Shown: positions 27,960 through 37,579 of the stretch, one piece after another
Layout of the letters: the number at the start of each line of letters is the position of its first letter
How positions within the stretch are numbered: the stretch's first letter is position 1
Source of the DNA: a virus
Lineage: Duplodnaviria; Caudoviricetes
Virus record (IMG/VR): IMGVR_UViG_3300010052_000176
Location: 1-47,501 of that record
Strand: one strand, 5' to 3'
DNA: 47,501 bases
Made by a program: the position numbers and the translations under genes
The notes under the pieces: model-generated
Databases searched by the model: none
What the model was told of the DNA's origin: nothing
What the model saw: the letters and a program-made list of their open reading frames with translations, nothing else

Positions 27960-28499
27960 ATGGAAACCCCTCTGACCCCCACCACCAACGCCGATGAGCA
28001 GGTGCGCGCACTAGGGTTGGAAGATGGGAAGGCTGGGGTGACAGAGGTTGTCGAAAGGCGTCAAAGAAAGGGGCTTTCGGCCAAGAAGCGGGCGTTCCTC
28101 GCGGCCTACGCCCTTCAGGGAACCATCACGTCGGCAGCTGAGGCGGCTGGCGTCAGTCGGCAGATGCACCAGAAGTGGATGCGGAAGGACAACTACCGCG
28201 TTGCGTTCGAGGCGGCCTACGAAGAGTTCTGTGAGAAGCTGGAACTGGAAGCGATCCGCCGGGCACACGATGGATGGGATGAGCCGGTCTATCAGGGTGG
28301 CGAACTGGTTGGGCACAAGCGGAAGTTCTCGGACGCCCTGATTCAGTTCCTGCTGAAGGGCGCGAAGCCTGACAAGTATCGGGACAACCAGAAGATCGAA
28401 CACGCCGGGGATGTCGGGATTTCGCCCGTCATGATTCTCCCGGCGAATGGGACGGAGCCAGGTGCGCGCGCGCGCACCTCAACCACGGAAGGGGAATGA
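27960..28499 (+). CDS. Terminase small subunit
   Basis: HTH ITSAAEAAGVSRQMHQKW; LELEAIRRA.DGWDEPVYQGG..KFSDALIQFLLKG; upstream of TerL. Confidence 0.8.
   Translation: METPLTPTTNADEQVRALGLEDGKAGVTEVVERRQRKGLSAKKRAFLAAYALQGTITSAAEAAGVSRQMHQKWMRKDNYRVAFEAAYEEFCEKLELEAIRRAHDGWDEPVYQGGELVGHKRKFSDALIQFLLKGAKPDKYRDNQKIEHAGDVGISPVMILPANGTEPGARARTSTTEGE
28460..28479. repeat. (GC)6 palindrome copy 3, AGGT(GC)6ACCT, inside terS
   Basis: Perfect 20-bp palindrome. Confidence 0.9.
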
Positions 28500-28500
28500 G

Positions 28501-28728
28501 ATGGCTGCGATTGAGGATAGTCGTGCCCGAAGTGCTGTCTGCCAAACGGAATGGAGGCACTGGGAAACCAAGGATCGCCCTCTCGCGACGATCCCGCTCT
28601 CGGTTCTGGATGAGTTGCGGGTGCTCCGGTGTTGGGCTGAGGAGGAGTTGGACCGAAAGTCGTGGGCGGAACACCGCGCCGCCGAGGCCGCCAAGAATGC
28701 CCCAGGAATCGCCACTGCCGCCGGGTGA
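28501..28728 (+). CDS. Hypothetical protein between terS and terL
   Basis: 75 aa ORF. Confidence 0.4.
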   Translation: MAAIEDSRARSAVCQTEWRHWETKDRPLATIPLSVLDELRVLRCWAEEELDRKSWAEHRAAEAAKNAPGIATAAG

Positions 28729-28800
28729 GTGAACAGGCGTTCAGTTTGCCGCATCGCGTCCACGGGCCTCTCCGTTGCGCACAGAGCACGTTAGAGCGTC

Positions 28801-30237
28801 ATGCCCATTGAACCGCATCCTGGCCCGCAGACGGACTTCCTGTCGTCCTATGCGGACATCGCCATCTACGGGGGCGCGGCCGGCGGGGGCAAGACGTTCG
28901 CCCTCGTGGCCGAAGCGGCCCGGCACATCGGCAACCGGGATTACCGGGCGACCATCTTCCGCCGGACCTCCCCCCAGATCACCAACCAGGGCGGTCTGTG
29001 GGATGAATCGTCACGTCTGTATCCGTTGATGGGCGCGCAACCGCGCGTTGGGGATCTGGAATGGCGGTTCCCCTCTGGCGCGGAAGTCTGCTTCCGGCAC
29101 ATGCAGCACGAGCAGGACAAGCTCAACCATCAGGGGGGGCAGTACACGTTCATCGGCTTCGACGAGCTGTGCCACTTCACCGAGTCGCAGTTCTGGTACA
29201 TGCTCAGCCGAAACCGCTCGACATGCGGAATCATCCCGTACATCCGGGCGACGTGTAACCCCGACGCGGATTCATGGGTGGCGCAGCTGATCGCGTGGTG
29301 GATCGATCAAGAGACCGGCCTCGCCATTCCTGAACGCTCGGGCGTCCTGCGGTGGTTCGTGCGGGTGAATGACCGGCTCGAATGGTTCGACACCGAACAG
29401 GAAGCCTACGCCGCGACACAGCGGCTCCTCTCGGGAGTGACAGGCACGGACCCGGAGTCAGTCGCCAAGCTCCGGCCGAAGTCCCTGACGTTCATTGCGG
29501 CCCGGCTTCAGGACAACCCGACGCTGATGTCGGCCGATCCCGGCTACCTCATGAACCTCATGGGGATGCCGCTGGTCGACCGGGAACGGCTGCTCGGTGG
29601 CAACTGGAAGATCCGCCCAATGGCGGGGAACTTCTTCCGCAGGGAATGGCTCACGAAGTTCGTCGACGCCGCTCCGCGAGGTGCGCGCCGCGTGCGGTAC
29701 TGGGATAAAGCCGGAGGTGAGAGCGACAGTGCCGATAGGTCCGCAGGCGTGAAGGTCGCGGAGTTCGAAGGGAACCTGTACATCGAAGACGCCATCTTCG
29801 GCCGTTGGTCGCCCCATAACCGGGATCTGATCATCGAGCAGACGGCGGAGCTGGACAACGCGGAACATCAGGGGAAGTGCGAACTGTGGCTGGAGGAAGA
29901 ACCCGGCCACAACGCGAAACAGGTCAAGGTGATCACCGCCAAGCAACTGGCCCGGTTCGCTCCGCACTTCGACAAGGTGGACCGGAAGAAGTTCCTCAGG
30001 CTGAAGCCCCTCGCCGCGGCGTGCGAATCTGGGATCGTCTACATCGTCAGGAATGAGAAGTGGAACCGGGAGCTGATTGAGGAGTTCGTGAACTTCGACC
30101 CTCTGGAGTCCGGGAAGTTCCACGACGACATCCCCGACGCGGCCGGTGGCGCGGCGAACCGGCTGTTGATGAAACCTGAGCAGCGGGCCTCTCTCCCTCC
30201 CCGTGGGATTCCAGGGCGGGGCGGGTTCACGCGGTAG
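28801..30237 (+). CDS. Terminase large subunit
   Basis: YGGAAGGGKT, IGFDEL, RATCNP, YWDKA, HDDIPDA. Confidence 0.95.
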   Translation: MPIEPHPGPQTDFLSSYADIAIYGGAAGGGKTFALVAEAARHIGNRDYRATIFRRTSPQITNQGGLWDESSRLYPLMGAQPRVGDLEWRFPSGAEVCFRHMQHEQDKLNHQGGQYTFIGFDELCHFTESQFWYMLSRNRSTCGIIPYIRATCNPDADSWVAQLIAWWIDQETGLAIPERSGVLRWFVRVNDRLEWFDTEQEAYAATQRLLSGVTGTDPESVAKLRPKSLTFIAARLQDNPTLMSADPGYLMNLMGMPLVDRERLLGGNWKIRPMAGNFFRREWLTKFVDAAPRGARRVRYWDKAGGESDSADRSAGVKVAEFEGNLYIEDAIFGRWSPHNRDLIIEQTAELDNAEHQGKCELWLEEEPGHNAKQVKVITAKQLARFAPHFDKVDRKKFLRLKPLAAACESGIVYIVRNEKWNRELIEEFVNFDPLESGKFHDDIPDAAGGAANRLLMKPEQRASLPPRGIPGRGGFTR

Positions 30238-30238
30238 G

Positions 30239-30496
30239 TCAGAGTGGCCTACGGCTGATGGCCCGCACCTCATTGAACTGTTGCAGTCCTTCGCCTCCCG
30301 TCCTCAGGAGCAGCGACACGGTTTCGGCCGTGTTGATGTCCATGTTCCTGTCGGTAATAACCCGCTTCATGAACGCCGGGAAGTCGTCGGCCTCTCGGAT
30401 CGCCTTCACCACTTCGGCAGTCGTCATTCCCACCAAAGATGCGATCTTGATAACGATCGGGCTCTTTTCGGGCTCCGGGAGCGGGAGTTGAGTCAT
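30239..30496 (-). CDS. Antisense small hypothetical protein
   Basis: AAAGGG RBS on minus strand; stop abuts terL stop; TATAAT on minus strand at 30547-30542. Confidence 0.55.
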   Translation of the reverse strand: MTQLPLPEPEKSPIVIKIASLVGMTTAEVVKAIREADDFPAFMKRVITDRNMDINTAETVSLLLRTGGEGLQQFNEVRAISRRPL

Positions 30497-30526
30497 TGCA
30501 TTGCCCTTTGCGAGAGGAGAAAGAGT

Positions 30527-30898
30527 TTAGTCCGCAAGGGAATTATACCGAGGTGTCGTCGTGGGACCATCCATCTCCCGCAAAGCGACCTCCACTCTCC
30601 GGCAGGCGTCGGTGTCCAATGGGCCATGCCTGCGGAAGCACTCACGGACGGCGGCCTCCAGATCGCGAATCAAGCCCGCGTGCAGCATTTCCGTGGGGAT
30701 GCCCGCACAGGCGTTGACAGCCGCGCGAGCACGAGCCTGGTTCTGGGCTGACAGGACGACGCAGTCCCGGTAGTCCGAGGATGCGGCGACGACCTCGCCG
30801 TCTGCGGAGACGGTGGTCGAGAGGAGGCCGTGCGGGGTGATGGCGTCGCCGGGTTCCCACGGTTCGGCCGACCACTCGCCGTTGAGGATGCGTGACAT
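30527..30898 (-). CDS. Antisense hypothetical phage protein
   Basis: WSAEPW..NQARARAAVNACAGIPTE.L pattern typical of small phage proteins. Confidence 0.6.
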   Translation of the reverse strand: MSRILNGEWSAEPWEPGDAITPHGLLSTTVSADGEVVAASSDYRDCVVLSAQNQARARAAVNACAGIPTEMLHAGLIRDLEAAVRECFRRHGPLDTDACRRVEVALREMDGPTTTPRYNSLAD

Positions 30899-30953
30899 AC
30901 CGCGATGGTCCGGCGGTGGCCGTGCGCCGTCAAGGGATTGCTGATGCCCCTCC

Positions 30954-30962
30954 CGATAACGG
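30954..30962 (+). promoter_or_regulatory. CGATAACGG candidate late promoter
   Basis: Directly before ATG 30969, where + strand genes resume after the antisense cassette. Confidence 0.7.
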
Positions 30963-30968
30963 GAGGCA

Positions 30969-32774
30969 ATGCCCCCATTCGCCAAAGCTCTGTTCAACGC
31001 AGCCAACGGCACGATCATTACGGCCTACACGCCAGAGATCGGAACGCTGGCCACACACCCGGTGTCAGCTTCGGGGGTGTCGGTCATTCGCGACGGCCGG
31101 TTGCGTGCAAGCGCCTCGTTGACGGATGAGATCTATTTCTTCTCCGAGACTCCGCCGGACCCCAATTACCCGGTGATCTCCCGCCAGCGATATTACTCCG
31201 GCGTTGGATTGTTCAGGCTGTACACTCGTCTCTCCCCATTGTCTCTGACTGCCTATGTCGTCGAATGGTACAACGGTGGATACCGGCTTTCGCGGTTCCG
31301 GTATCCGCCGGACACGACGATTCTCACGGGAGTGACCTACCCGCTGACCAGCGGGACCACCAACTCCGTTGCGATCCAGGCAGTCAACACCGACGACGGC
31401 AATGTGCGAGTGTCGGTGTTCGTCAACGGCGTGCGGATTATCAACTACCTCGACGACTCGGCAGACAAGATTACGGACACCGGGCATGCCGGGTTCCAGT
31501 TCTACGACACAGACGCGGGAGACGCGGCCGGCTTCCATCTGGATTCGATTCAGGCTGGTCTTGGCGACGACGACGTGATCGGCGTCACGGACACTGCCCT
31601 CTATGTCTCGCCCTTCAATTGGTACAGCGACGGCACCGGCGCAAGGCAGTCGAACAACGTGCGTGGTGGGTCGACTTTCATCGAGTCGGGCAACCCCGGC
31701 GCCTACGCCAAGGTTGGCTTTCAGGGCACGCGGTTTGGAGCCGTGATTCCGACGAGCCACCTTGCCGGTGCTGAGAGCGGCTGGCCGTGGATCAAATACA
31801 TCGTTGATGCTGACCCGACGACGGCGGGCCAAAGTCAGTTCGGCTGGCTCGCGCTGCATTCCGGGACCGACACCTTCACGCTGGCCTTGGATCTGGAGGA
31901 CGGCGATCACACCATCTGGTTCGGCTTCGCGGGCACGACGATCAGCAACGCCCGTTGGGCTGATCCACTTGCAAACTCGGTCAAGATCACCGGCTTTGTT
32001 CTCGACGATGGAAAGGTTCTGCTGCCCGCTTCTGGCGACATTGCAGTTAAGTCTCACACGATGTTTTCCGGCAACGACTCCATTGGCGAGGGCTACGCTG
32101 TCCTTTCAGGTGGCGATGGCCCTGCAAATCAAGACGCATTTCGGGCGTGGCCGTGGCTGGTTGCTGCTGCGATGGACGCGGAATTGGGTGTCGCCGCCTA
32201 CGGATCGCAGGGCTACTCATCAGAGGGCATTGGTGGAGTGCCAGCGTTCCATGACCCGGAGAACACGGCTGCTGCATCGTGGAAGTTCTACAGCGGTGGG
32301 CGGTCGCGACTGAATAGCGGGAAAATGTGGCCGCGACCGACCTATGTCTTTGAGTGCCTTGGAACGAATTCCGGTGACACCGGCCAGGAGTCTGTCGAAA
32401 GTTTCCTGTCCGAGATGCGGGCCGCCACTGGCACCTCGACGGTGGTGTTCTCGGTGATCCCTCTTGGTGGATGGGTTCGTGAGGACAAGGAAGCGGGGTT
32501 CGCGGAATATCAACTCGCGACTCCCGATCTCCGAACTGGACAACTCGATTGCGGAGAAGAGTTCCAAGAGGGGCTTGATGGGGAATTCGGCGTTCCTACG
32601 GACAAGTCTGTCGATGGTATTCACCCGAATGTCGCAACTCACATCGAAGCGGCCGGGATCATCTCCGGGCAGGCTCTGGCGTTCATTGCCGAGCTTCCGC
32701 CTGTTGAGGCTGTTGTTGTCGGCTACACCGGCGGCCGGCTCGGCCCCTTCCACACAAGCCCCTTCCTCTACTGA
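30969..32774 (+). CDS. Putative virion protein: beta-sandwich/lectin-like N-terminus plus SGNH/GDSL hydrolase
   Basis: NDSIGEG (block I Ser), GSQG, LGTN, DGIHPN. Confidence 0.75.
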   Translation: MPPFAKALFNAANGTIITAYTPEIGTLATHPVSASGVSVIRDGRLRASASLTDEIYFFSETPPDPNYPVISRQRYYSGVGLFRLYTRLSPLSLTAYVVEWYNGGYRLSRFRYPPDTTILTGVTYPLTSGTTNSVAIQAVNTDDGNVRVSVFVNGVRIINYLDDSADKITDTGHAGFQFYDTDAGDAAGFHLDSIQAGLGDDDVIGVTDTALYVSPFNWYSDGTGARQSNNVRGGSTFIESGNPGAYAKVGFQGTRFGAVIPTSHLAGAESGWPWIKYIVDADPTTAGQSQFGWLALHSGTDTFTLALDLEDGDHTIWFGFAGTTISNARWADPLANSVKITGFVLDDGKVLLPASGDIAVKSHTMFSGNDSIGEGYAVLSGGDGPANQDAFRAWPWLVAAAMDAELGVAAYGSQGYSSEGIGGVPAFHDPENTAAASWKFYSGGRSRLNSGKMWPRPTYVFECLGTNSGDTGQESVESFLSEMRAATGTSTVVFSVIPLGGWVREDKEAGFAEYQLATPDLRTGQLDCGEEFQEGLDGEFGVPTDKSVDGIHPNVATHIEAAGIISGQALAFIAELPPVEAVVVGYTGGRLGPFHTSPFLY

Positions 32775-32789
32775 TCCCGAAAGGCACGG

Positions 32790-33143
32790 ATGCCTACTCC
32801 GTATCCATTCTCCAAGCCCCGGCCTCACGTTCGATACAACGTGGGCGAAACGGCCATTGAAGCCCGCACTGGCGGCGGCATGATCGAGAAGATGCACGTC
32901 TCGAACACCTCCGCTGACACAGTGGTGTGGTTCAAGGCGTGGGATGTTCTCGCAGCTAATCTTGACGAAGAGGATGAGGTGGCCCAGCGGTACGACCACC
33001 CGATTCCACCGGGGCAGACGCTCCTCATTGAGGATTTGCCGCTCCTGCACGGATTCACGCATCGGCTGTGCGGCGCGAGCGGCGCGACGGATGAAACTGC
33101 CCCGGCCTCGCCCGGCATCACCCATGACTGGCGCGACGAATGA
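32790..33143 (+). CDS. Hypothetical protein, probably structural
   Basis: Beta-rich 117 aa ORF. Confidence 0.55.
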   Translation: MPTPYPFSKPRPHVRYNVGETAIEARTGGGMIEKMHVSNTSADTVVWFKAWDVLAANLDEEDEVAQRYDHPIPPGQTLLIEDLPLLHGFTHRLCGASGATDETAPASPGITHDWRDE

Positions 33144-33463
33144 CCTATCACGCCCGCACCTCGCCCGTCTTCCTCCACGAGACGGGACCGCATCAACTCG
33201 AAGTCTACGCGGCGGATGGGACTCAACCCTCCCTGACCGCACACGCTTCGCTGTCCATCACGCTCGTGGATTACGCGGGGGCTGTGGTGCAGGAGATCCT
33301 CAACGCCGCCATCGGCCGGACGGATGACGCCAATGGGAACCTGACATGGACTCCCTCAGCGGAGACCGTGAGTCAGGAGCGGCATTTGAGGCTGTTCCTT
33401 TCGGGGAGCGGGAACGTGATCGCGGAAGTCGGATTCACTGTGCAGTACGCACCCGGAGCCTGA
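33140..33463 (+). CDS. Hypothetical protein, probably structural (Ig-like)
   Basis: ATGA coupling; D.NGNLTWTP pattern. Confidence 0.55.
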   Translation: MTYHARTSPVFLHETGPHQLEVYAADGTQPSLTAHASLSITLVDYAGAVVQEILNAAIGRTDDANGNLTWTPSAETVSQERHLRLFLSGSGNVIAEVGFTVQYAPGA

Positions 33464-33480
33464 TTGTGACAACGGCAAGG

Positions 33481-34809
33481 ATGCCCAAAGGCTCGCCCGC
33501 AAAGGCGGCCATCGCCTCCCACATCCAGGGGGAACCGCAAGGGATTGCGGACCTCGTGGACGCGATGCGCACCGACTATCAGGTGACGCTGGGCGATCTC
33601 GCGATTAAGGCCAACGCCCAAACCGCCAAGGTCTCATTCACCCCGGCGACCAACGACCCGCGAGAGGCGGCGCTGGCGTCCGAACTCGAAAGCCTCTGGT
33701 GGCAGAAGTTCGGGACGATGCTGGAGTCTCAGGCCTATGGGCGTGTGGCCTATGAGAAGGTCATCGGCTACGACCCGGAACACTCCATTAACGTCGTCTC
33801 CCTCAACGAACTGCCGCACCGTCACACGGAAATGCGGCTGACTCTCGATGGGGACTTCGACGGGATCGACGTCCACGAGAAGGGCCGAAAGAAGCCGATT
33901 CCCCTCCCCCCGGAATACTCGTGGTGGCTGGCGATCGATGCGACCCCCACGCAGCCACACGGCAAGAGCCGGTATCTCGGGGCGCCGCAGCAGTTGTGGA
34001 AGGACAAGCGGCACATCACCTGTTTGCTCGGGACGTTCGTCAAGCGGTTCGTTCTCGGGCTGGGGAAGGTCCACGGCCCCGAGAGCTACCCGAACCCCGA
34101 TGATCCGAGCAACCCGTTTGACGGCGCGGCGGTGTTCGCTTCGGCCAGCACGTCAGTTGAGAACGGGGGACACCTGTACCTGTCGAACAACCGGATTCCC
34201 ACGGCGGACGGCAACCCCGGCCCGTATGAAATCGACGTGGAGAGCTTCGACGTCACCGTAACGGACGCCAAGCCGATCACTGACGTCATCCAGCACTACG
34301 ACATGGCCCAGCTCCTCGCCCGAGGGATCGCGCCGAAGCTGGTGATGGAGAACACGGCCGGTTCTCTCGCCCTGGTCAGCCAGCAAATGCTGATCTTCAT
34401 GGCGGTGGTGGACGAACTGGTGGGACAGCCCGCGAACTCCTTCCAGAAATACGTGGTCGACCCGGCGGTCAAACTGAATGACCCCTCCGGCAAGTGGAAA
34501 ATCACGGTCAACTTCACGCCGTTGACCCAGCGGCCGGACGATCTCGCGGAAACCCTGGTGCGCGCGTGGCTCACTTCGGAAAGCCTCTCTCCCCTGATCC
34601 TCTCGGGGGCGGTGGACGTGGTTCCCATCCTCGAATCGGTGGGCCTGACCATTTCCGAGGGGGCGGCCCAGAAGCTCCAGCGGTGGATTGATGCGAACGC
34701 GGCGGCCGAGCAGGTGCGCGCGCGCGCACCTGAACCGATCGCGATGGACCTGAAGATCCCGATGATTCAGGAATACGACGACTTCCTGTCGAAAGTCTGG
34801 AATGCCTGA
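33481..34809 (+). CDS. Portal protein (Mu gp29/DUF935-like)
   Basis: AYGRVAYEKV, PHGKS, FVKRF, GSLAL motifs; position before gpF-like gene. Confidence 0.75.
   Translation: MPKGSPAKAAIASHIQGEPQGIADLVDAMRTDYQVTLGDLAIKANAQTAKVSFTPATNDPREAALASELESLWWQKFGTMLESQAYGRVAYEKVIGYDPEHSINVVSLNELPHRHTEMRLTLDGDFDGIDVHEKGRKKPIPLPPEYSWWLAIDATPTQPHGKSRYLGAPQQLWKDKRHITCLLGTFVKRFVLGLGKVHGPESYPNPDDPSNPFDGAAVFASASTSVENGGHLYLSNNRIPTADGNPGPYEIDVESFDVTVTDAKPITDVIQHYDMAQLLARGIAPKLVMENTAGSLALVSQQMLIFMAVVDELVGQPANSFQKYVVDPAVKLNDPSGKWKITVNFTPLTQRPDDLAETLVRAWLTSESLSPLILSGAVDVVPILESVGLTISEGAAQKLQRWIDANAAAEQVRARAPEPIAMDLKIPMIQEYDDFLSKVWNA
34711..34732. repeat. (GC)6 palindrome copy 4, CAGGT(GC)6ACCTG, inside portal
   Basis: Perfect 22-bp palindrome. 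Confidence 0.9.
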
Positions 34810-35698
34810 CATCCCGGAACCGCCCAAGCCGGGGAACCTCACTCAAGAACGCTTGGTTGAGCGGGCGTCGAATGAGGCGGCCGATATCCTCGCGAAGGTC
34901 GTGAACGAAATGTTCGCGGTCAAAGAGTCCGGGGACTGGTCGAAGGTCTTTCGCCTGCTGGGACAACTCGCCTCACTGGACGGAGACACCCGCATTGCCG
35001 GGGCCATCCTGGGGATGATCTCCCCTTGGCTCCCGAACCTGCGGGACGTTCCGCGTGGAACCCCGCGTTCGGTGCGTGCCATTCAAATGGCGGTCAAGGG
35101 GTTGGATGACATTCTGCCAGAGGGGGTTGGAGAGCAATACCGCTGGCCGACGCTGGAAGACTCCATCAAATGGATCGTTGATGAGAAGGTGGCGGGGCGG
35201 GATGCGCTGCAGTCACTTCACAGGGATATGCGCCGCCGGGCGTTCTCGGAATCCGTTCAGGGGTCGCAGAAACTACTGACCCGATTGCAGGACGCCCTGG
35301 CCGAGTCGATGACGGCCGGGGATTCCGTGGCCGAGTTTCGCACCCGGATCAAGGACGTGACGGAGGTGTCCCGTTCCGAGGCGGAGACGATCCTGCGGAC
35401 GAACACCAAGCAGGCGTATCTCTACGGGCAGGAACGCACCCTGGATCAACCAGGGGTGAAGGATCGGTTCCGGTGGGTCTACTACGCATCGACCAAAGAC
35501 AACCGCGTCCGGCCGCACCATTGGGCGCTCGATGGATGGGTGGCCGAGCGAGGGACGCCGCTGCATCGGGTGTTCCTGAAGGTTCAGAGTGAATTCAACT
35601 GCCGCTGCACTGTCATTCCGTGCGATCAACGCCGGGCCGATGAGTTCGGGGTGAAGACAGAGAGCGACCTGCCGTCCGCACTGCGTAGCTATTTGTGA
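34802..35698 (+). CDS. Head morphogenesis protein (Mu gpF / SPP1 gp7 family)
   Basis: ETILRTN..AY..G; DNRVRPHH..LDG; FNCRCTVIP. Confidence 0.88.
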   Translation: MPDIPEPPKPGNLTQERLVERASNEAADILAKVVNEMFAVKESGDWSKVFRLLGQLASLDGDTRIAGAILGMISPWLPNLRDVPRGTPRSVRAIQMAVKGLDDILPEGVGEQYRWPTLEDSIKWIVDEKVAGRDALQSLHRDMRRRAFSESVQGSQKLLTRLQDALAESMTAGDSVAEFRTRIKDVTEVSRSEAETILRTNTKQAYLYGQERTLDQPGVKDRFRWVYYASTKDNRVRPHHWALDGWVAERGTPLHRVFLKVQSEFNCRCTVIPCDQRRADEFGVKTESDLPSALRSYL

Positions 35699-35706
35699 GT
35701 GGCGAA

Positions 35707-35715
35707 CGATAACGG
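35707..35715 (+). promoter_or_regulatory. CGATAACGG candidate late promoter of the capsid operon (leaderless GTG)
   Basis: GTG 35719 lies 6 nt after GATAA, with no SD sequence. Confidence 0.7.
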
Positions 35716-35718
35716 GGC

Positions 35719-36834
35719 GTGACCGACCAACTCCCGTTTTCCGAAACCATCGCCAACGCCCCACCGGCTCAAGACCGGCCGGGGTTCGTTCGGCTGTGTA
35801 AGGACTTCCTTCACGCTGACGAGTATGTGATTGGATTCGAGGCGGACGGGTCGCAGATCAAGCGGCGGTTCACGCCTGCGGATTTCTCGGCCATCGTCGC
35901 GAGGTTCGCGGAACTGAATGCCGCGGGAATCCCGACGCCGCTCCGCTGGGGTCACGGCTCCGGTGTGGGCGACACGGACGACACGCAGTCCGAAGCGGAC
36001 GTTGCGGAAGTGTGGGCCGATAACGAGCGGGCTTACTTCGGTGTCTATGTGACGCCGGAGGACGCCGCGCGGCTGACCAAGAAGCAGCGTCCGTGTTCTC
36101 CGGCGCTTGAGCCGAACTTCATGGACGGGACCGGTAAGGTCTGGCCGGGCTATTCGCTGAAGCATATCGCGATGGTCTCGCATGCGACCGTCCCTGACCA
36201 ACTGCCTTTTATCCAAATGGGGCTCCCTGCCCCGAAGCCCCAAGGAAAGAGAAAGATGCCCGTCACGTTTGAACCGCTGGTCACCAATGTCAACAGGCTG
36301 TTCGACCGCGTGAAGCCGGGCGCTGGCCTTGCGACCGAGGGCGACAACGCCGTCACTGAAGACAACTTCGACGTGCTGTTTCCGGCGATCGTCGATGCCA
36401 TTCTTGGCCCGGATGCCGAGGAGCCCGAGCCTGCCGCGGATGAGCCGCCTGTGGTGGAGCCCGCCGCGGAGGCTGATCCCCTCGTGATGAGCCTGAAGAC
36501 GGCCGTTGAATCGCTCACGGCTGAAGTCGCCGCCCTGCGGAACGGCAAGGCGGCCGACGCCAAGGCTGAGTTCGAGTCGGCGGTCGACGCCCTGTGTGCG
36601 GACGGCACGATCAAGGCGGCCAAGAAGCCGATCCTGATGGAGTTGGCCAAGGGCAAGGGCTACGACAAGCAGCTCCTGGCTGACCTCTACGACGGAGCCG
36701 AGAAGGCCATTCTCATGGGCTCCAAGACGAAGCACCTGAAGAACGCCAAGGAGCCGAACGCGGCTCCGTTCAGCGAGGCCGACCGCGAGAAGGCCAAGCG
36801 GCTTCTGGGTCGCAAGCCGAAGAAGGCGGACTAA
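35719..36834 (+). CDS. Mu-like prohead protease with C-terminal scaffold (possible internal start at 36256)
   Basis: PLRWGH, CSPAL, LKHIAMVSH motifs; AAGGA upstream of in-frame ATG 36256. Confidence 0.75.
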   Translation: MTDQLPFSETIANAPPAQDRPGFVRLCKDFLHADEYVIGFEADGSQIKRRFTPADFSAIVARFAELNAAGIPTPLRWGHGSGVGDTDDTQSEADVAEVWADNERAYFGVYVTPEDAARLTKKQRPCSPALEPNFMDGTGKVWPGYSLKHIAMVSHATVPDQLPFIQMGLPAPKPQGKRKMPVTFEPLVTNVNRLFDRVKPGAGLATEGDNAVTEDNFDVLFPAIVDAILGPDAEEPEPAADEPPVVEPAAEADPLVMSLKTAVESLTAEVAALRNGKAADAKAEFESAVDALCADGTIKAAKKPILMELAKGKGYDKQLLADLYDGAEKAILMGSKTKHLKNAKEPNAAPFSEADREKAKRLLGRKPKKAD

Positions 36835-36885
36835 ACGCCGCCGCTGCCCTCTCTCTTTCCCCTCACATTCAAGCAGGAAGTCTGA

Positions 36886-37518
36886 ATGAACAATCCCGTT
36901 TCCGGCTCGCGGACGATCCGCAGCTACACTCCGCGCGACATCTACTACACGAAGGAGCTGAAGCCCGGCATGGACGGCGGTCGGATTGACTCGACCTACG
37001 CCATCGACGGCGGCAACACGGGGTTCACGGATGAACTCCGTCCCGGAACGCTCATGGGCCGCATCACGGCGAACGGCCAGTGGGTTGCGTGCAAGCGGAC
37101 CCAGGTGAATGCGGCCGGCGCCACGGCCGCGTCCTTTGCGGTGGATGATGCTCGCGCCTTCATGGCCGGCGACACAATCACCGTGGGTGGCGACACTGGC
37201 CTGACGATCCTGAGCATCAACTACGGCACGAACACGATCACCCTCACGGGGTCGATCACGTTCGCGGACAACGATGCGGTGTTCGCGTCGGGCGCCCTCG
37301 CCGGTTCCGAAACTGCCCGCGGCGTGCTGGACGAGTTCGTTCAGCTCTACGACCCGAACACGAAGGCTCTGCGTGATCTGTACGTCGGGCGGATCATCAC
37401 GTCCAACGCGAAGATCCGCACGGACATGATTCTCGGCGACCTCGCGGCCTGCCGTGCGTCTGGAGTGACCAACTTCCTCAATCACCTCCAGTTCTACACC
37501 AACGGCGTTCAGGTCTAA
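36886..37518 (+). CDS. Head decoration protein
   Basis: LRPGTLMGRITANG...GSETARGVL; between protease and MCP. Confidence 0.7.
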   Translation: MNNPVSGSRTIRSYTPRDIYYTKELKPGMDGGRIDSTYAIDGGNTGFTDELRPGTLMGRITANGQWVACKRTQVNAAGATAASFAVDDARAFMAGDTITVGGDTGLTILSINYGTNTITLTGSITFADNDAVFASGALAGSETARGVLDEFVQLYDPNTKALRDLYVGRIITSNAKIRTDMILGDLAACRASGVTNFLNHLQFYTNGVQV

Positions 37519-37579
37519 CCGCCAGCGTTTCTCCGTCGATCTGGGCACGACGCCCCATTCTCAATCAAAGGACTGATTC

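Noticed and set aside
35689-37548. 619-aa minus-strand ORF, and similar long antisense ORFs (5294-6643, 20464-21294, 45966-47372)
   Set aside because: Shadow ORFs opposite well-supported + strand genes; expected from GC-rich codon bias and lacking motifs
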